Positions 38,389 to 52,007 of a DNA stretch of 64,000 bases are shown one piece after another. Where the stretch lies: contig OZ249450.1 of assembly GCA_965235115.1 (NCBI GenBank), positions 1,984,001 through 2,048,000 on the forward strand, in the 5' to 3' direction. The notes under the pieces are model-generated. The model was given only the letters and a program-made list of their open reading frames with translations, was not told the origin of the DNA and searched no databases. Source of the stretch: Laetmonice hystrix. Lineage: Eukaryota. Made by a program: the position numbers and the translations under genes. How positions within the stretch are numbered: the first letter of the stretch is position 1; every line of letters begins with the position of its first letter.

Positions 38389-40901
38389 CAGTAAAAGAAA
38401 TCTGTAGTTCAGGAATCATGTGGCCTAATGCATGGTGCACCCTATACTGACGGAGCACATCAAGGTGTTAGTCAGTTTTTTACATGAGTAAATGATGTGT
38501 ATTTGGCAGACAATGTGGAGAGTTGCAAAGGTATGGCTTAAAGCCAAGAAACCCTGACGTGAGCTACAAATCGTGCGTCATACAATGTCGATAGTAATTA
38601 GTTTTTCTCAGAAATATTCGACATAAGACTCGATGTACTGGCACGTGTCGTTATAAGAAGGCAACAGTAATTATCGTTCGTCCAACTCTCTCAACTGGCG
38701 GTCATGTAAATAAGAGAATGGTGCATGCGGTGTTTCGAGTGGATAGTCTCCCTGTAGTGCTGCCACCGTTTCACTGCGCAGGCTCGTACTCTGGAGACTA
38801 CGTCATTGCTGGTTAGGGATTGTGGGAACACAAATCGTGTGCAAACAATGCACTGGTGCAGTCGTATCTACATACGCCGGTCAAAGGGCGTACCGGAGAG
38901 ATAGAAATGCAGTAAAGAGGTAAAAATAAATAGTCCGGCAAAGTAGTTTGCATTTCAAGTCAAATTAGATACATTTAAATCTTTAAGAAAAATGAAATGA
39001 AGTGATAGACAACCTCTCATGATGTAAGTAAGTGAGTGAGTGAGTAGTAGTAGTTGACACTAGTCCCTGGCTATCCCACAATACACAGCCAGAAGAGGTT
39101 AGTTTCAGCACAAACGACCTCTGGCGGAAGGGCGCTGTCACCGTCTGTTGTAATTGTTATTGAGAAAAGTCCCTGTTCCAAAGAGCCTCCTCGTGGATGT
39201 AGGAAGCAGCCTGTTGGTGGATGCTGCTGACGGATACTTATAGGACGTGTTGATGGACCGCACGCGCACTTGTTACAACTTGGTGGAGACATGGCAGGCG
39301 AGACTGGGATGAACTGGTTTAGATCAAGAGCTAGGAAACGGTGAAGGAAAACGATACGGAAACAGCCTGCGATGATTCTGCGTCATTCAAAATAGTATGC
39401 AATCATCGAAGGAAACCAGGCAATGCCATGTCAACAATTCTGTCAACAACCAGCCATGAGACGATCGCTTCATAGGGACAACAGGCAACTGCAATGTTGA
39501 ATTAAATTAGATATCTCCATTTCTGTGGGCAAACATTTATTGATTTATGTAGTCTAAGGCATTATCTAACCTAACAGCCCTTTTTATTCATTTTAGAGTC
39601 ATTTAAACGCGATATCTTCGTTGATTGCTTTAATGTTAATATATCAATGTGTACATCTGTTTGACCTGAAGCTAGATCTCCCTGGACTGCGAAATGAGCT
39701 AGTAGTATTAACCGCAATACGGACATTTGACGACGCACTCACCAACATAATCTGTTAATGGCGTGATTGGGAGCCTCCAATACAGTTCCAGCTGTCATTG
39801 CCCTGCGCCGTGTACGGAAGCCTTGCGATTGGAACGGGGAAAGCAAATAACATGGAAGCGTGCTTATCTATGCCGCTTTACTCACCACTGCTATCAGTGG
39901 TACTAGAAACGACCATCTACCTCTAGAATGGGCGAAATTGTATACCCGTGTTCAATATTTGACGGAGTAAATTTACAGTAAATTATAGCGAAGTTTATCA
40001 GGGTCGCACATAGCCTGGAGGACAGCTGCCATGAAAGGCACTATCTCCCCAGTGAATAAATCATACACAAAGACTTTTTCTTTTTTGAACGGATTTCCAG
40101 ATGTGGTTCAGAGAAAAAGAGACGTATTCGTTCTTTGCACGGGCAGCGAGGAGGGGAGAATAAACTAAAAGAAACATGGCAGCAATAAAACTGAATGAAA
40201 TGGGGTTTTTTTCGATGGGTTTTCGTTTGGGGGGAATTCTGAACAGCCAAGTTCCGTGTAGTGGTTCAGGAGGGGGCAACACCGATAAAGTATTATTCTG
40301 TCATAAATGTATCCACTATAATTAGTCTACCATACTTTGCCTTACGATGTGTGTACGAATTGGGGTATAATCCACACCCAGTCCACACCTAATTTTGAGT
40401 ATTCATCGTTTCGAATCGGAGCAGAATTGCCTGTCTCTAAGTGGGTTGGTATGTTCTTCTGCCTTGCAGAATGAAGATGTTAAAATTACTGCAGGTGTCT
40501 GCTGTGTTATTTTCCCCGTATATATTCGCGAAGTTCTGCTTTATATTCGGGACGTCTTCACGGCACTGTCAGTGTCCGGTTTACGCTACCAGTCACACTG
40601 ACCGCCTCTGCCTCTGGTGCCTCTGGTGCCTCTGGTGCCTCTGGTGCCTCATCCATACCCGCGAAAAAGGCAGTGGTGGAAAGCGGGGTAACCATGGCGA
40701 TGCTGTCTGGGGTCGGCGTCAGCAGGTGAAGAAACTTGGAATAATTAAACTAAACCTGGTTCGTGATGGGCGCCGGCAGGTGGCGTGGAGGTGGCGGGGG
40801 GGAGTACAACAATAAACAAGTGGAGAAAATGTAATCAGGTTAATTTAATTATGGCAAGTGCTGACAGCAGCGGCTTGGACGTGTGCTGGAGGCACTTTAG
40901 C

Positions 40902-41334
40902 CACAGATTAGCATACACAAACAGATTGGAAACGATATAGGCCGATTTGAAACTTCCGGTTTTCGCCCGTGACCACCAGTGACATCTGGCGACGGATGAG
41001 ATAAACTACAATGCGCCTATGGCAAGTTCTGCATGAGCCCGGCTGGGAACGTCCTCAGTCCAATTTTGGACATAGGTTGGTAGCCTAGCAGGAAAATATG
41101 GCTACCCTGGGCATCCGAGTACTGTATTTTTGTTTACACCTGCCACCAAATGCAGGTCATTTGTCAGATATGTTGTCCTAAACCTGTCACGCCATGCTTT
41201 TCCTATGGAGGACGTTTAGTTTATCTCCTACGACGCATGGTGTCGCCACTGACAAATCACTGAATTGTGACGCCATCTTTGTTTCACGTCATTACTATAG
41301 CCGTTTCCAATCTGTTTGTGTATGGTAATCTGTG
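40902..41334. mobile_element. MITE with ~33-bp TIRs
   Basis: cacagattagcatacacaaacagattggaaacg / cgtttccaatctgtttgtgtatggtaatctgtg. Flanks ctttagc / cttcagc (imperfect TSD). Confidence 0.85.
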
Positions 41335-41554
41335 CTTCAGCCAGGAAAATACACATTGGCCCCTGAAAAAGAAACCATTCGGTAATAAATATACACGTTA
41401 TGGCGAAAAACTAGGGGGTCTGTCTTAAAGACAGGGAATATTTCATAACATGAGTATATTTGTCATCATCGACTGCCAAAAACTCTTCGGGTCTTTGGGA
41501 GACTTAGGCCTACTGACATTGCAGGAGTTCTATAACAGTGGTTTTATTGTATAG

Positions 41555-42041
41555 GGTTGAACCGTTCAATCGTGTTGAACCGTCCAATCGTGTTGAACCG
41601 TCAAATCGTGTGGAACCGTCCAATCGTGTTAAACCGACAAATCGTGTGGAACCGTCCAATCGTATTGGACCGTCCAATCGTATTGAACCGTCCAATCGTA
41701 TTGAACCGTCCAATCGTATTAAACTGTTCAGTCGTATTGAACCGTCCAATCGTATTGAACTGTTCAATCGTATTGGACCGTCCAATCGTATTGAACCGTC
41801 CAATCGTATTGAACCGTCCAATCGTATTGAACTGTTCAGTCGTATTGAACCGTCCAATCGTGTTGAACCGTCCAATCATATCGAACCGTCCAATCGTGTC
41901 GAACCGTCCAATCGTATCGAACCGTCCAATCGTATTGAACCGTCCAATCGTGTTGAACCGTCCAATCGTGTTGAACCGTCCAATCGTGTTGAACTGCCCA
42001 ATCGTATTGAACTGTTCAGTCGTATTGAACTGTCCAATTAA
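41555..42041. repeat. Minisatellite, 18-bp unit, ~27 copies
   Basis: gaaccgtccaatcgtatt repeated. Open as (EPSNRI/V)n on the plus strand. Confidence 0.96.
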
Positions 42042-42444
42042 TTTGATTCAGATGCTGTATCTTTTGCGTCATGTCATGGTCCACCTTGACATAGAGATGC
42101 GATTTAACCCGTGAGACCCCCACCCCACCCCACCTCCGGTATGAACCAGCTGAACAGGCTGTGAACGGGAGCCAGCGGCTGTCTGAACACTGGTGGGTGG
42201 GCGGGCAGCACGAGCCTGACCACAAGGGAGGATGGTCAGGCAACTGATGAGTTCTGCCTGTGTGTCCTTGAAACAGCTGTGGTTGATTAAAAAGTCTGTC
42301 AGCCGTACGGAATCCGACCAAGGTTGAGATCGCTGGATCGTGTACGTGTGATGGGATGTGTATCGTATTACAAACATCGTAGTATCATAATTATACTGTA
42401 TTAGTGACGAGCACCTGGTACGTGATTATGTTATATCGATTCCA

Positions 42445-43960
42445 TCACTCTATATATAGTCAGATAGAATCACGCCATGTAACAGTCAGTTAGGATCACT
42501 CTATATACAGTCAGTTAGAATCACGCCATATACAGGCAGTTAGAATCACGCCATATACAGTCAGATAGAATCACGCCATATACAGGCAGTTAGAATCACT
42601 CCATATACAGGCAGTTAGAATCACGCCATATACAGGCAGTTAGAATCACTCCATATACAGGCAGTTAGAATCACGCCATATACAGGCAGTTAGAATCACG
42701 CCATATACAGGCAGTTAGAATCACGCCATATACAGGCAGTTAGAATCACGCCATATACAGGCAGTTAGAATCACACCATATACAGTCAGATAGAATCACG
42801 CCATATACAGGCAGTTAGAATCACTCCATATACAGGCAGTTAGAATCACGCCATATATAGGCAGTTAGAATCACTCCATATACAGGCAGTTAGAATCACG
42901 CCATATACAGGCAGTTAGAATCACGCCATATACAGTCAGATAGAATCACGCCATATACAGGCAGTTAGAATCACTCCATATACAGGCAGTTAGAATCACT
43001 CCATATACAGGCAGTTAGAATCACGCCATATACAGGCAGTTAGAATCACGCCATATACAGTCAGATAGAATCACGCCATATACAGGCAGTTAGAATCACT
43101 CCATATACAGGCAGTTAGAATCACTCCATATACAGGCAGTTAGAATCACGCCATATACAGGCAGTTAGAATCACGCCATATACAGTCAGTTAGAATTAAT
43201 CCATTTACAGTCAGTTAGAATCACTCCATATACAGTCAGTTAGAATCACTCCATATACAGTCAGTTAGAATCACGCCATATACAGGCAGTTAGAATCACG
43301 CCATATACAGGCAGTTAGAATGATGTACAGCCAGTTAGAATCACTCCATATACAGTCAGTTGGAATCACGCCATATACAGTCAGTTAGAATCACTCCATA
43401 TACAGTCAGTTAGAATCACTCCACATACAGTCAGTTAGAATCACGCCATATACAGGCAGTTAGAATCACGCCATATACAGTCAGTTAGAATCACTCCATA
43501 TACAGTCAGTTAGAATCAATCCATATACAGTCAGTTAGAATCACTCCATAATTAGTCAGTTAGAATCACTCCAAAATTAGTCAGTTAGAATCAATCCATA
43601 TACAGTCAGTTAGAATCACGCCATATACAGTAAGTTAGAATCACGCCATATACAGGCAGTTAGAATCACGCCATATACAGTCAGTTAGAATCACGCCATA
43701 TACAGTCAGTTAGAATCACGCCATATACAGTCAGTTAGAATCACGCCATATACAGGCAGTTAGAATCACGCCATATACAGGCAGTTAGAATCACTCCATA
43801 TACAGTCAGAATGATGTACAGTCAGTTAGAATGATTACAGTCAGTTAGAATGATGTACAGTCAGTTAGAATGATTACAGTCAGTTAGAATGATGTAAAGT
43901 CAGAATCAATCCATATGCAGTCAGTTAGAATGATGTACAGTCAGTTAGAATGATGGAGAA
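42445..43960. repeat. Minisatellite, 25-bp unit, ~60 copies, degenerate at the right end
   Basis: ttagaatcacgccatatacaggcag repeated. Confidence 0.97.
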
Positions 43961-45639
43961 TTAACTCAATATGCTCAGGTTGTGATTGTCGTCAAGAAAC
44001 AAGAAAAGGAGACAAGAGATAGTCGCGTCAAAAATAGCTACTAGCTAAACAATCCGTCCCTTGGAGAGGGGGAGGGATATAACAGGCAACGACACAGGCC
44101 TTCGGCAGTTAGCTGTATTTGTTTTTCTGCGTGAAGGAATTTGTCTGCCAGACTCTGTAGTGGCCGCCTGATCTGTGATATGCCGTCTAAAAGAATTTCG
44201 CTACACTAGTTCTGGCGGACGTTTCAACGTAATTCAATCCCGAATCGTACAGTTGGGAGCGTGTTGATGTAGCAGTTTTTATAAATGTGTTTGATGCTGA
44301 AAGCGAGCTCGGAGTCAGCTTTAGCTGAGCAGTAAGTGATCCCCTACACCACGGAGGATGTTGTACATAAAAGATCACTCGGTTTTCAGTTTCCTACAGC
44401 GGACACTGAGCGGAGTCACACAACGGCTTCCCTTGATTACCAATTAGCACCAGACCGAGAGCCAATTAATGGACTATTTGGCACGTCATTCACATGGCCT
44501 CCAGGAACGACTAAAACCAATTATTGCCACCAATTATTTTTATGGAGTGTAGAAGCTCCCTTAACATACCCATAATAACATCGTTAAGCTATCGTTAATT
44601 ACTGGCGCCAATAGCGGGCGTCTGAATACGCGCTCGTTATGTCGCAATGTTTAAGGCTTCAAACAACGGTAAAATTGCTCTTCAGAAGTCAGATAAAAAT
44701 TGGTGACTTGGAGCAATTTCCTTTCATAATGATCAATTGTGTTCATAGGCACAGCTTTAAAAGGTCGATTTTGCACAGATGGAATGATATAGAAAACGGG
44801 AAGCCTCAAAGAATTTTCTGTTTATTGTTTAAAGAGAACAAACTATTGGTCCTGAATAAAAATCTTGAAGAAAATAATTTATTATTATGAAACTGCCGAC
44901 TCTCCGCTGGCTATTTACAGGGGAACGTTTACCCTCTTAAAGGTGCTATTCGTCTCGCACAGAATGGCATTTCTCCTATCATACATTGTGCACATAGTAC
45001 TAGAAAAAATTCCTACCGATACCATTGGCCTGATAAACCTTCTATTAGTTTGTGTGCAGCATTTGAAACCTATCTCGGTGCGCACCGAGATAGAGCCATT
45101 TCCTATGGTGGGGCGTGTCAGGGTCTCCACAGGCCTTCTGAGAGAGCCCCATTTGTGCCGTTATCCATGAGAAATTTTGATTTCCTTTGCTGTGAATCTA
45201 TTTCCATGATAGGTGGGTTCACATAAACGTCAACAAAATTTAAAATAAAAAAATTGAACTTTTTTTTCACGAATAGCACCTTTAACACCCCCCCCCCCCC
45301 CACACACACACACACTACGAAATTTCAGGTCAATTTTAGGTTGTTATTTTTGCCTCAAATCCTGAGGGTAGCTACCCCCACCCCACGTCCTCCCCATTCT
45401 CCACGACAACATCTTTTACATAGTTTACCGGCTGTGGAAATCGTCAAAACCAAACATCTGAAAGAACTGACAAAGACGCCTCACCTTTTTTTCTCCCGTT
45501 GCTTTTTCAGCATCATTCTCCATCTTTATTGGACCCTGGACATTAATCGGACCTCACAGGCGGGTAGGTTTAGTGGCTTTGTAAAGGTCGGGAAACTACT
45601 GCCGTGTTAGCATTGTGTATCCATGTATGATATGATATG

Positions 45640-46150
45640 GTATGATATCTAGTTGATAACCATACACACCGACACACGTGTCGTTGTGGTATTAATATGG
45701 CTTTCTATCAGGTATGATATCTAGTTGATAACCATACACACCGACACACGTGTCGTTGTGGTATTAATATGGCTTTCTATCAGGTATGATATCTAGTTGA
45801 TAACCATACACACCGACACACGTGTCGTTGTGGTATTAATATGGCTTTCTCTCAGGTATGATATCTAGTTGATAACCATACACACCGACACACGTGTCGT
45901 TGTGGTATTAATATGGCTTTCTCTCAGGTATGATATCTAGTTGATAACCATACACACCGACACACGTGTCGTTGTGGTATTAATATGGCTTTCTCTCAGG
46001 TATGATATCTAGTTGATAACCATACACACCGACACACGTGTCGTTGTGGTATTAATATGGCTTTCTCTCAGGTATGATATCTAGTTGATAACCATACACA
46101 CCGACACACGTGTCGTTGTGGTATTAATATGGATTTCTCTCTATTATTAC
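45640..46150. repeat. Minisatellite, 72-bp unit, ~7 copies
   Basis: ggtatgat at 45711 and 45783. Internal hairpin cgacac-ac-gtgtcg. Confidence 0.96.
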
Positions 46151-46509
46151 CAGGTATGATATCCGGTTCATAACCATCCATAGCACTGGTGACTATTTGA
46201 CCGATAACTTCCGAACGTCCAATAACTGGTTTAGCTACCATGTATAGGCAATCCGGTCGCTATTGTGCCATTCCTGGCATGTTGAACAAAGAGCCACAGT
46301 GTATATATAAACGGTGAGAATGAAAAGGGAGCATTCGGAGAAAACCACTGTAATGGAGATGTTCTCCTGGGTAGATGACTAGAAACCTGATGTGCACGTT
46401 GTCAAGGTGAATTTATTCCGTAGAGATAGTTGCTGGGATACCACCGTCAGTTCTCCCTGACCCATCCTTCACCTCACCGAGAGGTTCCGGAACCGACCTC
46501 AGCCGACAA

Positions 46510-47437
46510 CCGACCAAGGTGACTGACGTCACTGGGTCAGCGGCCCTGACCTGTCCTTCACCCTCCGACAGGCCCAGGACCCGACCAAGGTGACTGACGT
46601 CACTGGGTCAACGGCCCTGACCTGTCCTTCACCCTCCGACAGGCCCAGGACCCGACCAAGGTGACTGACGTCACTAGGTCAGCGGCCCTGACCTGTCCTT
46701 CACCCTCCGACAGGCCCAGGACCCGACCAAGGTGACTGACGTCACTAGGTCAGCGGCCCTGACCTGTCCTTCACTCCTCCGACAGGCCCAGGACCCGACC
46801 AAGGTGACTGACGTCACTAGGTCAGCGGCCCTGACCTGTCCTTCACCCTCCGACAGGCCCAGGACCCGACCAAGGTGACTGACGTCACTAGGTCAGCGGC
46901 CCTGACCTGTCCTTCACTCCTCCGACAGGCCCAGGACCCGACCAAGGTGACTGACGTCACTAGGTCAGCGGCCCTGACCTGTCCTTCACTCCTCCGACAG
47001 GCCCAGGACCCGACCAAGGTGACTGACGTCACTAGGTCAGCGGCCCTGACCTGTCCTTCACCCTCCGACAGGCCCAGGACCCGACCAAGGTGACTGACGT
47101 CACTAGGTCAGCGGCCCTGACCTGTCCTTCACCCTCCGACAGGCCCAGGACCCGACCAAGGTGACTGACGTCACTGGGTCAGCGGCCCTGACCTGTCCTT
47201 CACCCTCCGACAGGCCCAGGACCCGACCAAGGTGACTGACGTCACTGGGTCAGCGGCCCTGACCTGTCCTTCACCTCACCGAGAGGTTCCGGATCCGACC
47301 AAGGTGACTGACGTCACTAGGTCAGCGGCCGTGACCTGTCCTTCACCCTCCGACAGGCCCAGGACCCGACCAAGGTGACTGACGTCACTGGGTCAGCGGC
47401 CCTGACCTGTCCTTCACCCCACCGACAGGCCCAGGAC
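46510..47437. repeat. GC-rich minisatellite, ~71-bp unit, ~13 copies
   Basis: ccgaccaaggtgactgacgtcactaggtcagcggccctgacctgtccttcaccctccgacaggcccaggac repeated. Confidence 0.97.
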
Positions 47438-48479
47438 TCGGCCGTGTGTCACATCTAATACAGATAATACTAATAACCTCCCTGCCGTTATTGAGGACTT
47501 CCCTATACCTGTACTTACTGCGCCGTCTAAACTTGCCGTTCACCTATCTGACAGACATTTGGCCGTCTGTATCACCAGATACAGAGAATCGACCCGACCG
47601 GTTGTCAACCCCATCTTAGATCTTGACTTCTGTTTACGACACACATACAGACACGTACACACGCATCTAATCCAAACAATAAACATATCTCATCGTCCCG
47701 ACATGAAAGAGATCGCAAACTGGGAAATATCGCACAGGATGCAGCACATTGAAAGGGCCAATTTTTATTTTCCTTCTTCCTCTGCTTCTTTTTATTTTTT
47801 TATCTTGGAGTAACATGGTATTATGGACGGTGAGACTCTCTAATCTTACCGTCTGTACCATTGTGTAAGCGTTCCTCGCTCTGGTATACAGATAGATATT
47901 CCAAGAAATGTAAAAATAACCCCTCGACAACCACTGATCAAGTCGTGAGGTATTCTGGGTAATGGTTCTAAAGCGAGGTTCCTTGATGTCTCAGCGTTCT
48001 CTGGAGGTTCGACAATCTATCATTGTGATCATTGACTCGGCCAGACCCTCCTGGGTCCTGGTCGTTGGGCCTATAACAAATATACCTTCAGGGGAATATT
48101 ATAAATGCCTGTTGTGGACACTGATCATTTGGTTGCGTGTGGATTTCAAACATACAACTGTTCCACTCACTGAGACATGGATCGGTGCGAAAAGGAATAC
48201 TCTGATAGAATTCTCTCATGGCTTCATTTTTGGTACTTCGATTTAATAAAAAAAAAACACACACAAAAAAAAACGGGAGGAACTTGTGTACGGGAGGTTA
48301 GAAAAACGCCAGACTCGATGTGGAGGTGACCATACTTCTGATAACTGTCCACTGTTAATTATAATGATAGCTTGGATATTCACTTCCCAGTTATGGTTGC
48401 CTTAAATACAATTGCATGTCACATTTGCCGGTTAAAGTCGTCCGTATCCGTGCTGCAACCATACAAGTTTGGTAAGATC

Positions 48480-50258
48480 AGTGTTTGACGGTTGATTTCT
48501 CTGTGTGAGCAGTGTTTGACGGTTGATTTCTCTGTGTGTGAGCAGTGTTTGACGGTTGATTTCTCTGTGTGTGAGCAGTGTTTGACGGTTGATTTCTCTG
48601 TGTGAGAGCAGTGTTTGACGGCTGATTTCTCTGTGTGAGAGCAGTGTTTGACGGTTGATTTCTCTGTGTGAGAGCAGTGTTTGACGGTTGATTTCTCTGT
48701 GTGAGAGCAGTGTTTGACGGTTGATTTCTCTGTTGGTAAGAGAGCAGTGTTTGACGGTTGATTTCTCTGTTGGTAAGAGAGCAGTGTTTGACGGTTGATT
48801 TCTCTGTGTGAGAGCAGTGTTTGACGGTTGATTTCTCTGCTGGTAAGAGAGCAGTGTTTGACGGTTGATTTCTCTGTTGGTAAGAGAGCAGTGTTTGACG
48901 GTTGATTTCTCTGTGTGAGAGCAGTGTTTGACGGTTGATTTCTCTGTGTGAGAGCAGTGTTTGACGGTTGATTTCTCTGTGTGAGAGCAGTGTTTGACGG
49001 TTGATTTCTCTGTGTGAGAGCAGTGTTTGACGGTTGATTTCTCTGTGTGAGAGCAGTGTTTGACGGTTGATTTCTCTGTGTGAGAGCAGTGTTTGACGGT
49101 TGATTTCTCTGTTGGTAAGAGAGCAGTGTTTGACGGTTGATTTCTCTGTTGGTAAGAGAGCGGTGTTTGACGGTTGATTTCTCTGTGTGAGAGAGCAGTG
49201 TTTGACGGTTGATTTCTCTGTGTGAGAGAGCAGTGTTTGACGGTTGATTTCTCTGTGTGAGAGAGCAGTGTTTGACGGTTGATTTCTCTGTGTGAGAGAG
49301 CAGTGTTTGACGGTTGATTTCTCTGTGTGAGAGAAGTGTTTGACGGTTGATTTCTCTGTGTGAGAGCGGTGTTTGACGGTTGATTTCTCTGTGTGAGAGC
49401 AGTGTTTGACGGTTGATTTCTCTGTGTGAGAGCAGTGTTTGACGGTTGATTTCTCTGTTGGTAAGAGAGCAGTGTTTGACGGTTGATTTCTCTGTTGGTA
49501 AGAGAGCAGTGTTTGACGGTTGATTTCTCTGTGTGAGAGCAGTGTTTGACGGTTGATTTCTCTGTTGGTAAGAGAGCAGTGTTTGACGGTTGATTTCTCT
49601 GTTGGTAAGAGAGCAGTGTTTGACGGTTGATTTCTCTGTGTGAGAGCAGTGTTTGACGGTTGATTTCTCTGTGTGAGAGCAGTGTTTGACGGTTGATTTC
49701 TCTGTGTGAGAGCAGTGTTTGACGGCTGATATCTCTGTGTGAGAGCAGTGTTTGACGGTTGATTTCTCTGTGTGAGAGCAGTGTTTGACGGTTGATTTCT
49801 CTGTGTGAGAGCAGTGTTTGACGGTTGATTTCTCTGTTGGTAAGAGAGCAGTGTTTGACGGTTGATTTCTCTGTTGGTAAGAGAGCAGTGTTTGACGGTT
49901 GATTTCTCTGTGTGAGAGCAGTGTTTGACGGTTGATTTCTCTGTTGGTAAGAGAGCAGTGTTTGACGGTTGATTTCTCTGTTGGTAAGAGAGCAGTGTTT
50001 GACGGTTGATTTCTCTGTGTGAGAGCAGTGTTTGACGGTTGATTTCTCTGTTGGTAAGAGAGCAGTGTTTGACGGTTGATTTCTCTGTGTGAGAGCAGTG
50101 TTTGACGGTTGATTTCTCTGTGTGAGAGCAGTGTTTGACGGTTGATTTCTCTGTGTGAGAGCAGTGTTTGACGGTTGATTTCTCTGTGTGAGAGCAGTGT
50201 TTGACGGTTGATTTCTCTGTTGGTAAGAGAGCAGTGTTTGACGGTTGATTTCTCTGTA
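48480..50258. repeat. Minisatellite with 33-, 35- and 37-bp unit classes
   Basis: gagcagtgtttgacggttgatttctctgt followed by gtga, gtgaga or tggtaaga. Confidence 0.97.
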
Positions 50259-50817
50259 CCTGGCAGTAAACACCGAACAGTCGTTATGTTTAGCAATCAC
50301 TAGGATGGATGTAATCCATCGTGACAAAATGCCTCCTGTAGACTGGCCGTGGCCGTGGCCGGGGTCGGGGCCGGGGCTGGGGCCGGGGTCGGGGCAGGGT
50401 CCGGGGTCAGGCCAGGACCGGGACCGGAGCTGGCGGCGGGGTCCCCACAGGGCTGGCCGTCAGGATCCCGGTCTGTATACACCTTGATCAAATGGCTGTG
50501 GTCTATCCCAACACAATCACGGGGCTGGCATGCCCATTATTAACAGCCACACTGCACGCACACCCCGACCCTGGAAACCACCCTCCGTTCTGGGACTCCA
50601 AGGTGCTCTGTGCTCCTGGCAAGGCGGCGACCTGTTAACAGGGAATGGGAGGAAAACCAATAGTTGCTGCAACCACTACGTGTGGGTTCAGGCCCCGCAG
50701 GCAAGTCACTACAAACTGGCTTTGCTATTAATCCACGGCCACCAGAATACAAATAGAGAGAATTCGCGTGGCTGTATGGATCGATCACAGCCGCCCACAA
50801 CATCCTGGCCGGCCAGG

Positions 50818-50938
50818 GACTCAAGGGACCACTCGCTACTTGACAACGGGTATATGTATCTCTCCCCGACACGTCTGGCAAGTGCAAGGTCAACGCCACA
50901 GGCAGTTGACTGTCATCAAGAGGTGCTGGTCTATCTAT
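50818..50938 (+). repeat. Dispersed repeat, second copy of 24167-24283
   Basis: Both read gactca..gaccactcg.tacttgac.acgggtatatgta...gcaaggtcaa.gccacag.ca.ttgactgtcatca.gaggtgctg. Confidence 0.8.
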
Positions 50939-51479
50939 ATATCATAGTAATGATAGAACGCATACACAGCAGACATCAGGGGAACCACAGCCTAACATTG
51001 GACGGGTTCTCCACCGTATGACATGTTGCTACATCTCCAATATGCGTCCAAATGAGAGCAATTTTACCGTGTGTCATTGTAAAGAGGTGTTCGCCCTTGA
51101 TGTGTCGAACGCAGCGAACCCTCACAAGGAAAGCTCTCACGCCTTAGTGGTGTGAACACGGTCGGGGCGGTTCAGGGGTTGAGAACTTATAGATGTTTCA
51201 TCAATTCACCAATACCGGACAGCTCGGCCAACACTGTCACAGTATAGGAGAAAAAAACAATATCAACTATTGGACGCCTGGTATGGATCGGTTTTTGATG
51301 GGTAAATTTCTTTGCCGGATAAGATTGCCATAAAGTGTAATTCAATGAGAAGTCTTGAGACTGATGCAATTGAAGGCTTGCTACGTTCGGAGTAGGGTAA
51401 TATGTTGTAGACAATTCATGCAATACTTCTTTGTCTTGTGGTGAGATGACTGATGTGAGGATGTGCGAGCTTTGTTTAA

Positions 51480-52007
51480 AGGGGCATGTTATGAAACACG
51501 TTTTTGAGGATTTCCGGCAATTATCCAACATGACCGTGTACTAGGGATCCAAGTAAATAATCCTACCACAGCATTTCGTCCTCCGACGTGTTTTCGCTGC
51601 GTATGCAGCACAAGTAGGTTCTATACGACCAAACCTATAGATTTCTCCCGATAGCACATCTCCCGCCATAATTTGGTAGACAACCTCCCATCAACCCGTG
51701 TAATTGCATACTGTGTCACATCCTGTGTGTGCACTCTCTGCATGTGCTTAGTCACGTGCTTTGCTTAGTTGTAAACAATTCAGTAGTGGCACTCGATCGC
51801 CCGGCATCAGAATGCCACCCAAAAAATATTTTACGAAATCGGCAGAGAAGCGGGCAAGGGAGCTTAATAAACTTCGATTTCTCACGCAAAATGAAACTGA
51901 TAAGTCTGTTTTTGTTTACCAAGCAATTTTAATGGAGGATCTCTTTATGAAAACAGCAAAAGTTCTATGAAATACCGATTTCTAACGTTTCCTCATAATA
52001 TGCCCCT
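51480..52007. mobile_element. Kolobok-like non-autonomous element, copy 2
   Basis: TTAA|aggggcat ... atgcccct|TTAA. Colinear with 21529-22056. Confidence 0.85.

Noticed and set aside
47415-47455. VTHGRVLGLSV resembling a carboxylesterase N-terminus
   Set aside because: A stop follows immediately and no other esterase motifs were seen.
48419-50327. 625- and 631-aa minus-strand ORFs
   Set aside because: The unit has no stop codon in any minus frame, and unit lengths of 33/35/37 shift frame freely, so no frame is conserved.
50245-50543. PA/PT-rich linker-like ORFs
   Set aside because: Short 6-bp GC repeats, no convincing splice sites or domain.
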